From Escherichia coli (GTDB lineage Bacteria; Pseudomonadota; Gammaproteobacteria; Enterobacterales; Enterobacteriaceae), in assembly GCF_965641715.1 (NCBI RefSeq), contig NZ_OZ282453.1: a stretch of DNA of 64,000 nucleotides, one strand, 5' to 3'. Below the pieces are notes generated by a model. It had not been told where the DNA came from, did not search any database, and saw only the letters and a program-made list of their open reading frames with translations. Both the position numbers and the translations under genes were made by a program. Shown here in pieces: positions 12,901 to 22,488 of the stretch (position 1 is its first letter; each line of letters starts with the position of its first letter).

Positions 12901-15212
12901 TGCCGGATGAGGATGTGAAATTTACCTTGCCAGCCTCCATGACCGGGAACTTCACGCTAAGTAGTGAAACCGCCCGCACCGATACAAACGGTGATGCCGT
13001 GGTCACATTGCGAGGCACAAAAGCGGGTGAGTTTACAGTTACGGCGACGCTGACCAGAAATAATACCGTTGCTTATCAGCAAGTCACTTTTATTGGGGAT
13101 ACAAACAGTGCGCAGCTCCAGCCGCTGACTGCCTCATTAAATCCCATTGTTGCGGGTAACAGTACGGGGAGTACCCTGACGGCAACGATCCTGGACGCTT
13201 ACCAAAATCCGCTTAAAGACCAGTTGGTCACTTTCCAGAGTAACGATGTCACTCTAAGCGGAAAAGAAGTCACCACCAATACGCTGGGTCAGGCGACGGT
13301 AACAATGACCAGCAATATTGCCGGACAACATAACGTCGTGGTGAGCCGGAAAGCGCAAGCCTCCGATAATAAAACGTTTAGTTTATCAGTGCTGCCGGAT
13401 GAAAGTTCGGCGAAGGTAATAAGTATAACCGGAGCCGAAAAAACGATAACGGTGGGCGAAAACATCACGCTACGGATACTCGTCCAGGACGCGTTTAACA
13501 ATGTAATCGCGGGTCAACGCGTCAGATTAAGTGCGCAGCCAACAACTAACATTACGATAGGCGATACGGCTTACACCGATAATAACGGTTATGCGTACGT
13601 TAACCTTCTCAGCACCCAACCTGGGGTTTATCAGGTGACGGCAACGCTGGACAATAACAGTAGTAGTAAGGTTGACGTGAATGTGGCAAATGGCAAACTC
13701 GAGTTAACATCATCGAAACCAGAAACCACGGTCCATAATAGTGAGGGTATTACGCTGACCGCAACGGCGAGAAATGCGCGGGGTGAATTGATGCCAGGGC
13801 AAATTATCACCTTTAGCGTAACGCCTGAAGGTGCAACGCTAAGCAATACAGGGGAAGTCCTTACTGACCAGTCAGGTCAGGCCAAAGTGACACTGACCAG
13901 TGACAAAGTGAATGTCTATACCGTTACGGCCATAATGGGCAAAGATGTTCCCGTTCAGAGCCAGGTAACGGTTGCGGTTAAGGCAGATGCTAAAACGGCA
14001 CATGTTGTGAGCGTCGTGGCTTCTCCTGACACCATCACCGCCGACGGCATCGATAGCAGCACCATCACTTCACGAGTAGAAGATGATTACGGATTCCCGG
14101 TTGAAGGTGTCGATGTTAGTCATGGCTTAGACACCAAAGGCAGCCCGGTAGTTAATATTCCAACTACGCGTACCGATCAGTCCGGGCAAGTCACGGCGAC
14201 AATAACCAGTACATTAGCAGAAACCTTAACAGTCAATGTGCAAGTTCCTGGTACAGCCAACCAATCCGCAACCATTACATTGGTTGCCGGCACGGCCGAT
14301 GAAAGTAAGTCAATTTTGAAATCCGATGTTGACACTCTGAAGGCTGACTACCAGCAGAGCGCAAAACTTACGCTAACATTGCAAGACAAGTACGGTAACC
14401 CGATAGTGACGTCTGATCATCTGGAATTTGTCCAGTCAGGCCCCTTCGTGAACTTTCTCAAGTTGAGCGATATTGATTACAGCCAAAGAAATTATGGCGA
14501 GTACACCGTGACTGTCACTGGCGGAAAAGAGGGAACAGCGACCCTCATTCCCATGCTGAACGGGGTTCATCAGGCAAACTTAAGCATATCGCTGAATCTC
14601 ATCCAATCGATAAAAGAAATGTCCGGTCATGTCACTGCAAACAACCATACCTTCTCAACGGCTAAATTCCCGAGCGAAGGCTTTGCAGGGGCGTATTACA
14701 CACTCAACAATGATAACTTTGAAGCGGGTAAAACCGTTGATGATTATATGTTTTCAAGTTCACAGGGTTGGGTGTCTGTCGATGCTTCAGGTAAAGTTTC
14801 TTTCGCAAATATCGGCGATCAAACGTCAGTCACAATAAGCGCGGTTCCCCGACAAGGAGGTACAACCTACCAGACCTTAATTAAGCTGAAAGGCTGGTGG
14901 GTGAATAATGGAAATCATACCAATATCTGGCTAGCTGCCAATGCGCTCTGTCATGCTAAAAATGATGGATATAATCTTCCTGGCATCACACATTTGACGT
15001 CTGGCGAAAACAAACGCACGCAGGGATCACTGTATGGTGAATGGGGGAACGTTGGAGCGTTTTCCAGTAATTCGCAATTTACACCGGGAGCTTACTGGAC
15101 AAGTGAATCTGATGATTACAGTCGGCACTACTATGTGCAGATGCTAACCGGTATGACCGGAAGCGACGCTGATTCCAGCCCCCAACTGACCGCCTGCCGT
15201 AAATCACTTTAA
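9972..15212 (+). CDS. inverse autotransporter (intimin/invasin family) adhesin: LysM, beta-barrel, multiple Big (bacterial Ig-like) repeats, C-terminal lectin-like region
   Basis: 1746-aa ORF; LysM-like segment (VADRFGISLEELRRLNQF), intimin/invasin-type beta-domain (ISLGVDEDFSLKNSQFDFLHPWYD), many repeats of about 100 aa of the TLTATVTD.. type. Confidence 0.8.
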   Translation: MASTNAHQIKNNDQNSLCGLGDKIRRLTAGVCLFTQIFFPVMATAQNVVHAKPQTTVSSAPPLIENNTVPYTLGALESAQSVADRFGISLEELRRLNQFRTFARGFDNVRQGEELDVPATTSQKSHEQQNAIPPANGENTLENQIASTSQRVGTLLSQDMNSEQASGMARGWASSEASGAMTDWLNNFGTAKISLGVDEDFSLKNSQFDFLHPWYDTPDYLLFSQHTLHRTDDRTQINTGLGWRHFTSSWMSGINLFFDHDLSRYHSRAGLGAEYWRDYLKLSSNAYIGLTGWRSAPELDNDFEARPANGWDLRAEGWLPAWPQLGGKLVYEQYYGDEVALFDKNDRQSNPHAITAGLNYTPFPLLTLSAEQRQGKQGENDTRFAVDLTWQPSSSMQKQLNPDEVAGRRSLAGSRYDLIDRNNNIVLEYRKKELIRLSLLDPVKGKSGEIKPLVSSIQTKYALKGYNIEAAALEAAGGKVSTSGKDITVTLPGYRFTNTPETDNTWSIDVTAEDVKGNLSRHEQSMVVIQAPTLSQKDSLLSVNPLTVAADKKSTTTLTVTAHDSDGTPVPGLALQTRSEGVQDITLSDWTDNGDGSYTQILTAGTTSGSVTLTPQINGESAVKESIVVNIVPVVSSRDHSSITIDNVSYYAGDDIKVRVELKDESNQPVAYQKEELVKAVTVENSKPGATIVWHEEQPGVYTANYPAHKQGTALRAQLSLHNWNAPLQSHIYNIEANQNKARVATLSATNNDVYADKKTFNTLTINVTDESDNPLINHQVTFKNEKGSAEFVEPPQQNTDAYGVATINMVSQVAEENTISATLPNGFSQRIIAKFVSDSSTPKFKQLVADPDTIIAGNSQGSTLTAIVTDFHNNPLKDMKVNFVAPGGSQLDNTTATTDQSGIVRVHLTSSKAGSYSVDASLEVDKNIHQSVTITVVPNREQSVMTLNAGSGSAIANNTNTVTLTASVKDVYGHPLPDEDVKFTLPASMTGNFTLSSETARTDTNGDAVVTLRGTKAGEFTVTATLTRNNTVAYQQVTFIGDTNSAQLQPLTASLNPIVAGNSTGSTLTATILDAYQNPLKDQLVTFQSNDVTLSGKEVTTNTLGQATVTMTSNIAGQHNVVVSRKAQASDNKTFSLSVLPDESSAKVISITGAEKTITVGENITLRILVQDAFNNVIAGQRVRLSAQPTTNITIGDTAYTDNNGYAYVNLLSTQPGVYQVTATLDNNSSSKVDVNVANGKLELTSSKPETTVHNSEGITLTATARNARGELMPGQIITFSVTPEGATLSNTGEVLTDQSGQAKVTLTSDKVNVYTVTAIMGKDVPVQSQVTVAVKADAKTAHVVSVVASPDTITADGIDSSTITSRVEDDYGFPVEGVDVSHGLDTKGSPVVNIPTTRTDQSGQVTATITSTLAETLTVNVQVPGTANQSATITLVAGTADESKSILKSDVDTLKADYQQSAKLTLTLQDKYGNPIVTSDHLEFVQSGPFVNFLKLSDIDYSQRNYGEYTVTVTGGKEGTATLIPMLNGVHQANLSISLNLIQSIKEMSGHVTANNHTFSTAKFPSEGFAGAYYTLNNDNFEAGKTVDDYMFSSSQGWVSVDASGKVSFANIGDQTSVTISAVPRQGGTTYQTLIKLKGWWVNNGNHTNIWLAANALCHAKNDGYNLPGITHLTSGENKRTQGSLYGEWGNVGAFSSNSQFTPGAYWTSESDDYSRHYYVQMLTGMTGSDADSSPQLTACRKSL

Positions 15213-15229
15213 TTTCAGCAGTTGTTATT

Positions 15230-15259
15230 AAAGGATACCCTTTTGCGAGGGTATCCTTT
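15230..15259. terminator. hairpin between convergent adhesin gene and kptA
   Basis: Inverted repeat aaaggataccc-ttttgcga-gggtatccttt directly downstream of the adhesin stop. Confidence 0.5.
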
Positions 15260-15283
15260 CAGACTGATAACAAACGCTACATT

Positions 15284-15312
15284 GCCTGATGCGCTGCGCT
15301 TATCAGGCCTAT
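15284..15312. repeat. REP (repetitive extragenic palindrome)-like element
   Basis: gcctgatgcgctgcgcttatcaggcctat resembles the E. coli REP consensus. Confidence 0.5.
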
Positions 15313-15335
15313 ATAGCCCCTGCAATATATTGAAT

Positions 15336-15920
15336 TTATTGTTTTTGTACCCCAGTCGGCATAAACGACCACTCAAGAAACTCAACAGCAACCGTTGATG
15401 TCAGCCAGACCCCGTTTTCCGCTTGCCAGAAAGGGATGCCTCGTTTCGCCATCTCCTGTGCTTTGACGGTTAAGATAACCGGCGATCCGTGTCTTGCTCC
15501 CACTTTGCGTGCCGTTGCTTCATCAGCAGAGAGATGCACGTAATGACGACCCCCTGCAATCAGCCCCTGTTTTTTTATCTCGTCAAGGAAACGGCTTGCC
15601 GTACCGTGGTAGAGAAACTGTGGCGGTGTTTTTTCGGCAAAGGAAATAGCGACCTGCGAAGTCGAATGCCCCTGAACCGCGCGGATGCACCTACCATCAC
15701 TGGAATAACTAAAACGCTTTTTATCGCTGGTTGCGACCACGGTATCCAGCAATGCACGGGTTAATCGCTTGCCCGCTTTTTGGGCACAAAGTATGAGCTT
15801 ATCGATATTCGCCCATCCTTCACGGTCCAGTACGATACCAATCGCCTCCGGTTTGTGTCGGAGGACAAAACTTAAAAACTTGCTCGTATCCGCCAGCTCT
15901 TTTTCGTTGTACTTTGCCAT
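15336..15920 (-). CDS. kptA: RNA 2'-phosphotransferase (Tpt1/KptA family)
   Basis: ORF 15336-16022; conserved protein begins at [25 protein letters not shown] (start about 15920). Confidence 0.8.
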   Translation of the reverse strand: MAKYNEKELADTSKFLSFVLRHKPEAIGIVLDREGWANIDKLILCAQKAGKRLTRALLDTVVATSDKKRFSYSSDGRCIRAVQGHSTSQVAISFAEKTPPQFLYHGTASRFLDEIKKQGLIAGGRHYVHLSADEATARKVGARHGSPVILTVKAQEMAKRGIPFWQAENGVWLTSTVAVEFLEWSFMPTGVQKQ

Positions 15921-16169
15921 CGCGTTTTCGTCCCTGGGTTTTCTGTTTTTATTTACCAATGTCATTGTCACTGGGTTTATGAATTTTCTGCAACTCAATC
16001 CTGCGCAGAACCTTTTCCACACAGCGTAATGTTTCCCCTATGCAAAAAACGCATAGCCAGAAACATACTTGCATTTTCCCCATACCCACATGGCTGATAA
16101 GGTTTTTCAGTTCCAGGAATTTTCCTGGCTCAAGCAACACACAAACACAAAAAAACAATGGGGATTGTT

Positions 16170-16853
16170 ATGACACAACAAGGGGATGCTGTAGCCGGGG
16201 AGCTGGCGACAGAAAAAGTGGGCATTAAAGGGTATCTGGCTTTTTTTCTCACCATAATCTTTTTTTCCGGTGTTTTTTCCGGAACAGACAGCTGGTGGCG
16301 CGTTTTTGATTTTTCCGTTCTGAACGGATCGTTTGGGCAACTGCCTGGTGCGAACGGAGCCACCACCTCATTTCGCGGCGCGGGTGGTGCGGGGGCTAAA
16401 GATGGCTTTCTCTTTGCGCTGGAGCTGGCACCGTCAGTCATTCTCTCTCTGGGGATTATTTCAATTACCGATGGTCTTGGTGGATTACGCGCCGCGCAGC
16501 AGTTAATGACACCTGTGCTAAAACCGTTGTTGGGCATTCCAGGGATCTGCTCGCTGGCGCTGATCGCTAACTTGCAAAACACTGATGCCGCCGCCGGTAT
16601 GACCAAAGAGCTGGCGCAGGAAGGTGAAATTACCGAACGCGATAAAGTGATTTTCGCCGCATATCAAACCAGCGGTAGCGCCATCATCACCAACTACTTC
16701 TCTTCCGGCGTCGCGGTGTTTGCCTTTCTGGGCACGTCCGTAATCGTACCTTTAGCCGTCATCCTGGTGTTTAAATTTGTCGGAGCCAACATTTTGCGCG
16801 TCTGGCTTAACTTCGAAGAACGTCGCAACCCAACGCAAGGAGCGCAAGCATGA
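16170..16853 (+). CDS. yjiH: inner membrane protein (nucleoside-recognition-like, YjiH family)
   Basis: ORF 16158-16853; K-12-like start at MTQQGDAVAGE; overlaps yjiG start by 4 bp. Confidence 0.75.
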   Translation: MTQQGDAVAGELATEKVGIKGYLAFFLTIIFFSGVFSGTDSWWRVFDFSVLNGSFGQLPGANGATTSFRGAGGAGAKDGFLFALELAPSVILSLGIISITDGLGGLRAAQQLMTPVLKPLLGIPGICSLALIANLQNTDAAAGMTKELAQEGEITERDKVIFAAYQTSGSAIITNYFSSGVAVFAFLGTSVIVPLAVILVFKFVGANILRVWLNFEERRNPTQGAQA

Positions 16854-17311
16854 CAACTCAGGTCCGCAAAAACGTCATGGATATGTTTATCGATGGCGCG
16901 CGCCGTGGCTTTACTATCGCCACGACCAACCTGCTGCCAAACGTGGTGATGGCGTTTGTCATCATTCAGGCGCTGAAAATTACCGGCCTGCTCGACTGGG
17001 TGGGGCATATCTGTGAACCCGTAATGGCGCTGTGGGGATTACCCGGTGAAGCGGCAACCGTCCTTTTAGCCGCATTAATGAGTATGGGCGGCGCAGTCGG
17101 TGTTGCCGCCAGTCTGGCAACCGCTGGCGCTTTAACCGGCCACGATGTCACCGTTTTACTACCCGCAATGTATTTAATGGGCAACCCGGTGCAAAATGTC
17201 GGTCGCTGCCTGGGGACAGCCGAAGTGAATGCCAAATATTACCCGCATATCATTACGGTCTGCGTGATTAACGCATTGCTGTCGATCTGGGTTATGCAGC
17301 TTATTGTTTAA
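16850..17311 (+). CDS. yjiG: inner membrane protein YjiG (SpmB-like)
   Basis: 153-aa hydrophobic ORF coupled to yjiH. Confidence 0.75.
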   Translation: MTTQVRKNVMDMFIDGARRGFTIATTNLLPNVVMAFVIIQALKITGLLDWVGHICEPVMALWGLPGEAATVLLAALMSMGGAVGVAASLATAGALTGHDVTVLLPAMYLMGNPVQNVGRCLGTAEVNAKYYPHIITVCVINALLSIWVMQLIV

Positions 17312-17323
17312 CAAGGAGTTACC

Positions 17324-18496
17324 ATGATTGATTATACCGCAGCCGGTTTTACCCTGCTGCAGGGAGCGCATTTGTATGCGCCGGAAGATCGGGGAATTTG
17401 CGATGTCCTCGTCGCTAACGGCAAAATTATCGCCGTTGCCAGCAATATCCCTTCTGACATTGTACCGAACTGCACGGTTGTCGATCTCAGTGGGCAGATC
17501 CTCTGCCCAGGTTTTATTGATCAACACGTTCATTTGATTGGCGGTGGCGGCGAAGCAGGTCCCACGACGCGCACGCCGGAAGTGGCGCTAAGTCGCCTGA
17601 CGGAAGCGGGCGTCACGTCAGTGGTTGGTCTGCTGGGCACCGACTCTATCTCTCGCCACCCGGAATCCCTGCTCGCCAAGACCCGTGCGCTCAATGAAGA
17701 AGGCATCAGCGCCTGGATGCTGACCGGCGCTTATCATGTCCCTTCCCGCACCATTACGGGTTCCGTGGAAAAAGACGTGGCGATTATCGATCGTGTGATT
17801 GGCGTGAAATGCGCCATCTCTGATCACCGTTCTGCCGCACCGGACGTTTATCACCTGGCTAATATGGCGGCAGAATCCCGCGTTGGCGGTTTGCTCGGCG
17901 GTAAACCTGGCGTCACCGTGTTCCACATGGGCGACAGTAAAAAGGCATTACAGCCTATTTATGACCTGCTGGAAAACTGCGATGTGCCGATCAGCAAGCT
18001 GCTGCCGACCCACGTTAACCGCAACGTACCGTTGTTTGAGCAGGCGCTGGAGTTCGCGCGCAAAGGCGGCACCATCGATATCACCAGCAGCATTGACGAA
18101 CCGGTCGCCCCTGCCGAAGGTATTGCCCGCGCCGTTCAGGCGGGTATTCCGCTGGCACGCGTCACCCTCAGCTCCGACGGCAACGGTAGCCAGCCGTTCT
18201 TCGATGATGAAGGGAATTTAACCCATATCGGCGTTGCAGGTTTTGAAACGTTGCTGGAAACCGTGCAGGTGCTGGTTAAAGACTATGATTTCAGTATCAG
18301 CGATGCCCTGCGCCCGCTCACCAGTAGCGTAGCCGGTTTCCTTAACCTGAGCGGGAAAGGCGAAATTCTGCCAGGCAATGACGCAGACTTACTGGTCATG
18401 ACGCCAGAATTGCGCATTGAGCAGGTATACGCTCGCGGCAAACTGATGGTCAAAGACGGCAAAGCCTGCGTGAAAGGAACGTTTGAAACGGCTTAA
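17324..18496 (+). CDS. iadA: isoaspartyl dipeptidase (amidohydrolase superfamily)
   Basis: 390-aa ORF; metal-binding HxH motif (IDQHVHLIGGGGE); K-12 IadA by recall. Confidence 0.85.
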   Translation: MIDYTAAGFTLLQGAHLYAPEDRGICDVLVANGKIIAVASNIPSDIVPNCTVVDLSGQILCPGFIDQHVHLIGGGGEAGPTTRTPEVALSRLTEAGVTSVVGLLGTDSISRHPESLLAKTRALNEEGISAWMLTGAYHVPSRTITGSVEKDVAIIDRVIGVKCAISDHRSAAPDVYHLANMAAESRVGGLLGGKPGVTVFHMGDSKKALQPIYDLLENCDVPISKLLPTHVNRNVPLFEQALEFARKGGTIDITSSIDEPVAPAEGIARAVQAGIPLARVTLSSDGNGSQPFFDDEGNLTHIGVAGFETLLETVQVLVKDYDFSISDALRPLTSSVAGFLNLSGKGEILPGNDADLLVMTPELRIEQVYARGKLMVKDGKACVKGTFETA

Positions 18497-18560
18497 ACGG
18501 TTGTCAGCCGCCCTAATGGACGTAGAATGCCCGCAAGGGCGGCTGACAGAGTAAAACGTA

Positions 18561-19472
18561 ATGGATGACTGTGGTGCGGTTTTGCATAATATTGAAACCA
18601 AATGGCTTTATGATTTTCTGACCCTGGAAAAATGCCGCAATTTTTCCCAGGCGGCAGTCAGTCGTAACGTCTCGCAACCGGCATTCAGCCGCCGCATCCG
18701 CGCGCTGGAACAGGCGATTGGCGTTGAATTGTTTAACCGCCAGGTGACGCCGCTGCAACTCTCAGAACAAGGGAAAATCTTCCATTCGCAGATCCGCCAT
18801 CTGTTGCAACAGTTAGAAAGTAACCTTGCAGAGCTGCGTGGCGGCAGCGATTACGCGCAACGTAAAATCAAGATAGCCGCTGCACACTCTCTTTCCCTCG
18901 GTCTGTTACCGTCCATTATCAGCCAGATGCCGCCGCTCTTTACCTGGGCGATTGAAGCTATTGATGTCGATGAAGCAGTCGATAAACTGCGTGAAGGGCA
19001 AAGTGACTGTATTTTTTCCTTTCACGACGAAGATTTGCTGGAAGCGCCGTTTGACCACATTCGCTTATTTGAATCTCAATTATTCCCTGTCTGCGCCAGT
19101 GACGAACACGGAGAAGCACTTTTTAACCTCGCGCAGCCACACTTTCCGTTACTGAATTACAGCCGCAACTCCTACATGGGGCGATTGATTAATCGCACCC
19201 TGACGCGCCACAGCGAGTTAAGTTTCAGCACCTTTTTTGTCTCTTCGATGAGCGAGCTATTAAAGCAGGTTGCCCTCGACGGCTGTGGGATTGCCTGGCT
19301 GCCGGAGTATGCCATCCAACAAGAAATTCGCAGCGGGCAGCTCGTTGTGCTGAATCGGGACGAACTGGTGATCCCGATTCAGGCCTACGCATACCGGATG
19401 AATACCCGCATGAATCCAGTTGCCGAACGCTTCTGGCGTGAACTGCGCGAGCTGGAGATTGTGCTTAGCTGA
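18561..19472 (+). CDS. hypT: LysR-family transcriptional regulator (hypochlorite-responsive HypT)
   Basis: 303-aa ORF; N-terminal LysR HTH ([32 protein letters not shown]). Confidence 0.85.
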   Translation: MDDCGAVLHNIETKWLYDFLTLEKCRNFSQAAVSRNVSQPAFSRRIRALEQAIGVELFNRQVTPLQLSEQGKIFHSQIRHLLQQLESNLAELRGGSDYAQRKIKIAAAHSLSLGLLPSIISQMPPLFTWAIEAIDVDEAVDKLREGQSDCIFSFHDEDLLEAPFDHIRLFESQLFPVCASDEHGEALFNLAQPHFPLLNYSRNSYMGRLINRTLTRHSELSFSTFFVSSMSELLKQVALDGCGIAWLPEYAIQQEIRSGQLVVLNRDELVIPIQAYAYRMNTRMNPVAERFWRELRELEIVLS

Positions 19473-19857
19473 CATTCTCCAGCGTCGCACTGCGCCAACC
19501 GCCATTATCCCAGACCAGATCAAACGTTAGCGGTTCATCGTCGTGGTACAGCATTATCTCAAGGCTGATCGCCAGAGTGTGGCAGTACGCTTCTTTCAAA
19601 TTAACCTGCAACGCCGCAATCCGTGGCTCATGAAATAACAGTGCAGAACGCAGCTGACGGCAATACCAGCTCTGGAGATGTTTGTCGCTCGGGTTATGCA
19701 CTTGCCACTCGGGCATGCCTGAAACAAGTAATGACGGTAATGCCGAATGAGGAGAATTAAAAAGAGTGAGGAGATCGCTGCATACCGATTTACGCAGCAA
19801 TGACGTTTTATTGCCTGAAATTTCAGGTAAAACAGCCTGAAGTGATTGGCGCATCAT
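19465..19857 (-). CDS. iraD: anti-adaptor protein IraD (RssB inhibitor)
   Basis: ORF 19465-19866; K-12 start at [12 protein letters not shown]; convergent with and overlapping the hypT 3' end. Confidence 0.8.
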   Translation of the reverse strand: MMRQSLQAVLPEISGNKTSLLRKSVCSDLLTLFNSPHSALPSLLVSGMPEWQVHNPSDKHLQSWYCRQLRSALLFHEPRIAALQVNLKEAYCHTLAISLEIMLYHDDEPLTFDLVWDNGGWRSATLENVS

Positions 19858-20529
19858 TTTGCGCACTCCTGACGTTTAGCAACATATGCGGCTTGCCCTG
19901 AACACCGGGCACCACTGTATTGATGCTCATTTTCCATAGCCATTCCCTTTTGTTCATTACATCCATGTCAGTCTGAGACAGGCCTGAATCCTGTCAGCAA
20001 AGTATAAAACCTTACTTGCCTATGAATATCTACTGACTTTTCAGGAAAAAAGTCATGATTTGATAAAAATCATCAAACTCAAAAAAAAACCGCTAGTATA
20101 TTCTGAATATTCCGAATAGTTACGTAGATGAAAATTCTTGTCACCGCCGCTACTTAATTTCGGTGGGAAATTATTTATTTCCGCATAATCAGCCATGTAT
20201 TATTTGAAACAATTAGTTTGTAAATAATATAAATTGATAACATATCAAATACATCAAAAATACCATTCACAGGCATTATTAATATAGACATCAATATAGC
20301 AACATCAAATTCCAATTAGTAATAAGATATGCTTTTTAATTGCATGAAAATAATTTCAAATGAGCGTTTTTTGATACTTTAGAGTGTTTCCTACCCTTTA
20401 ATATCACCGTGTAGAGTTGATATCACTACAACAGAAACATGCATGTCATTTTTTTACTTCTCATTTTACTACAGAAAAATTTATCTATTTTTCTAAACAT
20501 CAGTGAAATACTCATAAAAGGTAACTATT

Positions 20530-21360
20530 ATGTCTATGCCATTAAGCAATACCCTTCAGAGCCAAATTATTACAGATAATCACTTCCTTCATCATCCAAA
20601 AGTCGACAGTGAGTTAACACGTAAATATGAACGTGCACGCCTGGATACGGAAAATATCTATCTTCTGCCTCTTGCTCGTGGCAATAACCATAATTACGAT
20701 GGAAAAAGCGTTGTCGAAATTAGAAAACTTGATATTAGTAAAGAGTCCTGGCCATTTAATTATGTGACAGAAGCATGCAGAGAATCCGATGGTATTACAA
20801 CAACAGGACGTATGCTCTATCGAAACTTGAAAATCACCTCAGCTTTAGACGAAATATATGGTGGCATATGTAAAAAGGCGCATGCTGCTACAGAATTAGC
20901 AGAAGGTTTACGGCTAAATTTATTTATGAAGAGCCCTTTCGATCCTGTTGAGGACTATACAGTTCATGAAATAACATTAGGCCCTGGTTGCAATGTTCCA
21001 GGTTACGCCGGAACCACGATAGGATATATTTCAACCCTTCCAGTTTCTCAGGCAAAAAGATGGACCAATGAGCAGCCAAGAATTGATATCTATATTGATC
21101 AGATAATAACTGTCTCAGGGGTAGCAAATTCTTCCGGATTCGCCCTTGCCGCATTACTTAATGCTAATATTGAGATGGGAAATGACCCAATCATTGGTAT
21201 AGAAGCCTATCCTGGTACCGCGGAGATCCATGCAAAAATGGGATATAAAGTTATCCCCGGTGATGAAGATGCGCCACTCAAACGCATGACTCTGCAACCG
21301 TCATCTCTTCCAGAACTGTTTGAATTAAAAAATGGTGAATGGAATTATATTGGCAAATAA
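20530..21360 (+). CDS. yjiC: uncharacterised protein YjiC
   Basis: 276-aa ORF in a low-GC segment, preceded by about 660 bp of AT-rich non-coding DNA. Confidence 0.7.
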   Translation: MSMPLSNTLQSQIITDNHFLHHPKVDSELTRKYERARLDTENIYLLPLARGNNHNYDGKSVVEIRKLDISKESWPFNYVTEACRESDGITTTGRMLYRNLKITSALDEIYGGICKKAHAATELAEGLRLNLFMKSPFDPVEDYTVHEITLGPGCNVPGYAGTTIGYISTLPVSQAKRWTNEQPRIDIYIDQIITVSGVANSSGFALAALLNANIEMGNDPIIGIEAYPGTAEIHAKMGYKVIPGDEDAPLKRMTLQPSSLPELFELKNGEWNYIGK

Positions 21361-21500
21361 CCACTGAGAAGAATGAGTACTAACATTCAGGTTATATAGA
21401 TATTTAAACAATACCCTGCAATTTACAAAGTAATACTCATTGCGACTTCTTAATTTAAGAAAGCGCAAGGAACGTTTACCCTTGCGCTTATCATAATCAG

Positions 21501-22274
21501 TCAGGCGTCGACTTTATCCAGCGGCCATGAATCAAAGAGATAGCCGTCAAAATAAATATCGTCAACGTTCGAGAATTCCAGCAGACGTTGCTTAACGTTT
21601 TCCAGATGCTGCCACATTGCCAGCTTCGCCGCTCGGGCATCTTTTTTGATTAACGCGGCAAGGATCTGTTTGTGATCGCCCAACCACTCTTTGCGATACA
21701 GGCTGTCATCCAGATGGCTGTGCAACTGGATCCACATTGGATTGTTTTCCCGCCACTGCCAGGACTGACGGAATAACTCCACCAGCATGCTGTTATGCGT
21801 TGCTTCAGCAATGGCGAGATGGAACTGCATGTCACCGCTTTCGCTGCTACCCGGCGCGCTGGAAGCCAGTTCACGCTCTTCCAGTTGCAATGCCTGACGC
21901 ATTTTGACGATATCTTCGCGGGTAGCCTGCAGGGCGGCAAACTCGGCGATGTTACTTTCCAGTAACTGACGCGCCTGTAACAGCTCAAAAGGACCCGCAT
22001 CATTGCAGACGTTGGCATCCGGACTGTCTGTGTTGTGGCTGCCTGAGCTATCAAGAACATAGATACCGGCACCCCGGCGCACTTCCACCAGCCCTTTGAT
22101 CTCCAGCATGATCAGCGCTTCACGTACCACCGTCCGCGTGACATCAAGCATTTCTGCAATTTCACGCTCCGGCGGCAGCCGTTCGCCAGGATTGTACGGC
22201 GTCTTTATGATCAGATCGCGGATCATCGCCCCGACTTCCTGGTAAGGTCTTTGCGCAGAGGTGGCAGATTTCAT
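21501..22274 (-). CDS. uxuR: GntR/FadR-family repressor of hexuronate utilisation
   Basis: 257-aa ORF; GntR HTH (RLPPEREIAEMLDVTRTVVREAL). Confidence 0.9.
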   Translation of the reverse strand: MKSATSAQRPYQEVGAMIRDLIIKTPYNPGERLPPEREIAEMLDVTRTVVREALIMLEIKGLVEVRRGAGIYVLDSSGSHNTDSPDANVCNDAGPFELLQARQLLESNIAEFAALQATREDIVKMRQALQLEERELASSAPGSSESGDMQFHLAIAEATHNSMLVELFRQSWQWRENNPMWIQLHSHLDDSLYRKEWLGDHKQILAALIKKDARAAKLAMWQHLENVKQRLLEFSNVDDIYFDGYLFDSWPLDKVDA

Positions 22275-22300
22275 GGTGTTGTGTCCGTTAGGTGCGGTTA

Positions 22301-22334
22301 ATCAAATTTTTGCCGGATGCGGCGTGAACGCCTT
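22301..22334. repeat. REP-like element
   Basis: gccggatgcggcgtgaacgccttatccggcctac. Confidence 0.5.
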
Positions 22335-22488
22335 ATCCGGCCTACAAAGGGCAATTTTACGGCCCCCGTTAATCTCAAACTATACCATTAGCACTGGAAG
22401 TTGGCACGTACAGGTGGGCAAAAAAACGAAAACTGGTCAACCAAATATCAGTTTGATTGACCAGTAAGTCTGTAGGGTAATCAGTTAG

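Noticed and set aside
16130-16606. 158-aa minus-strand ORF overlapping yjiH
   Set aside because: Antisense to a conserved membrane-protein gene; no supporting signals
18501-18551. Large imperfect hairpin between iadA and hypT as an intrinsic terminator
   Set aside because: Stem is present (gtcagccgccc ... gggcggctgac) but the loop is long and there is no U-tract; more likely a REP-like or structural element, so not called
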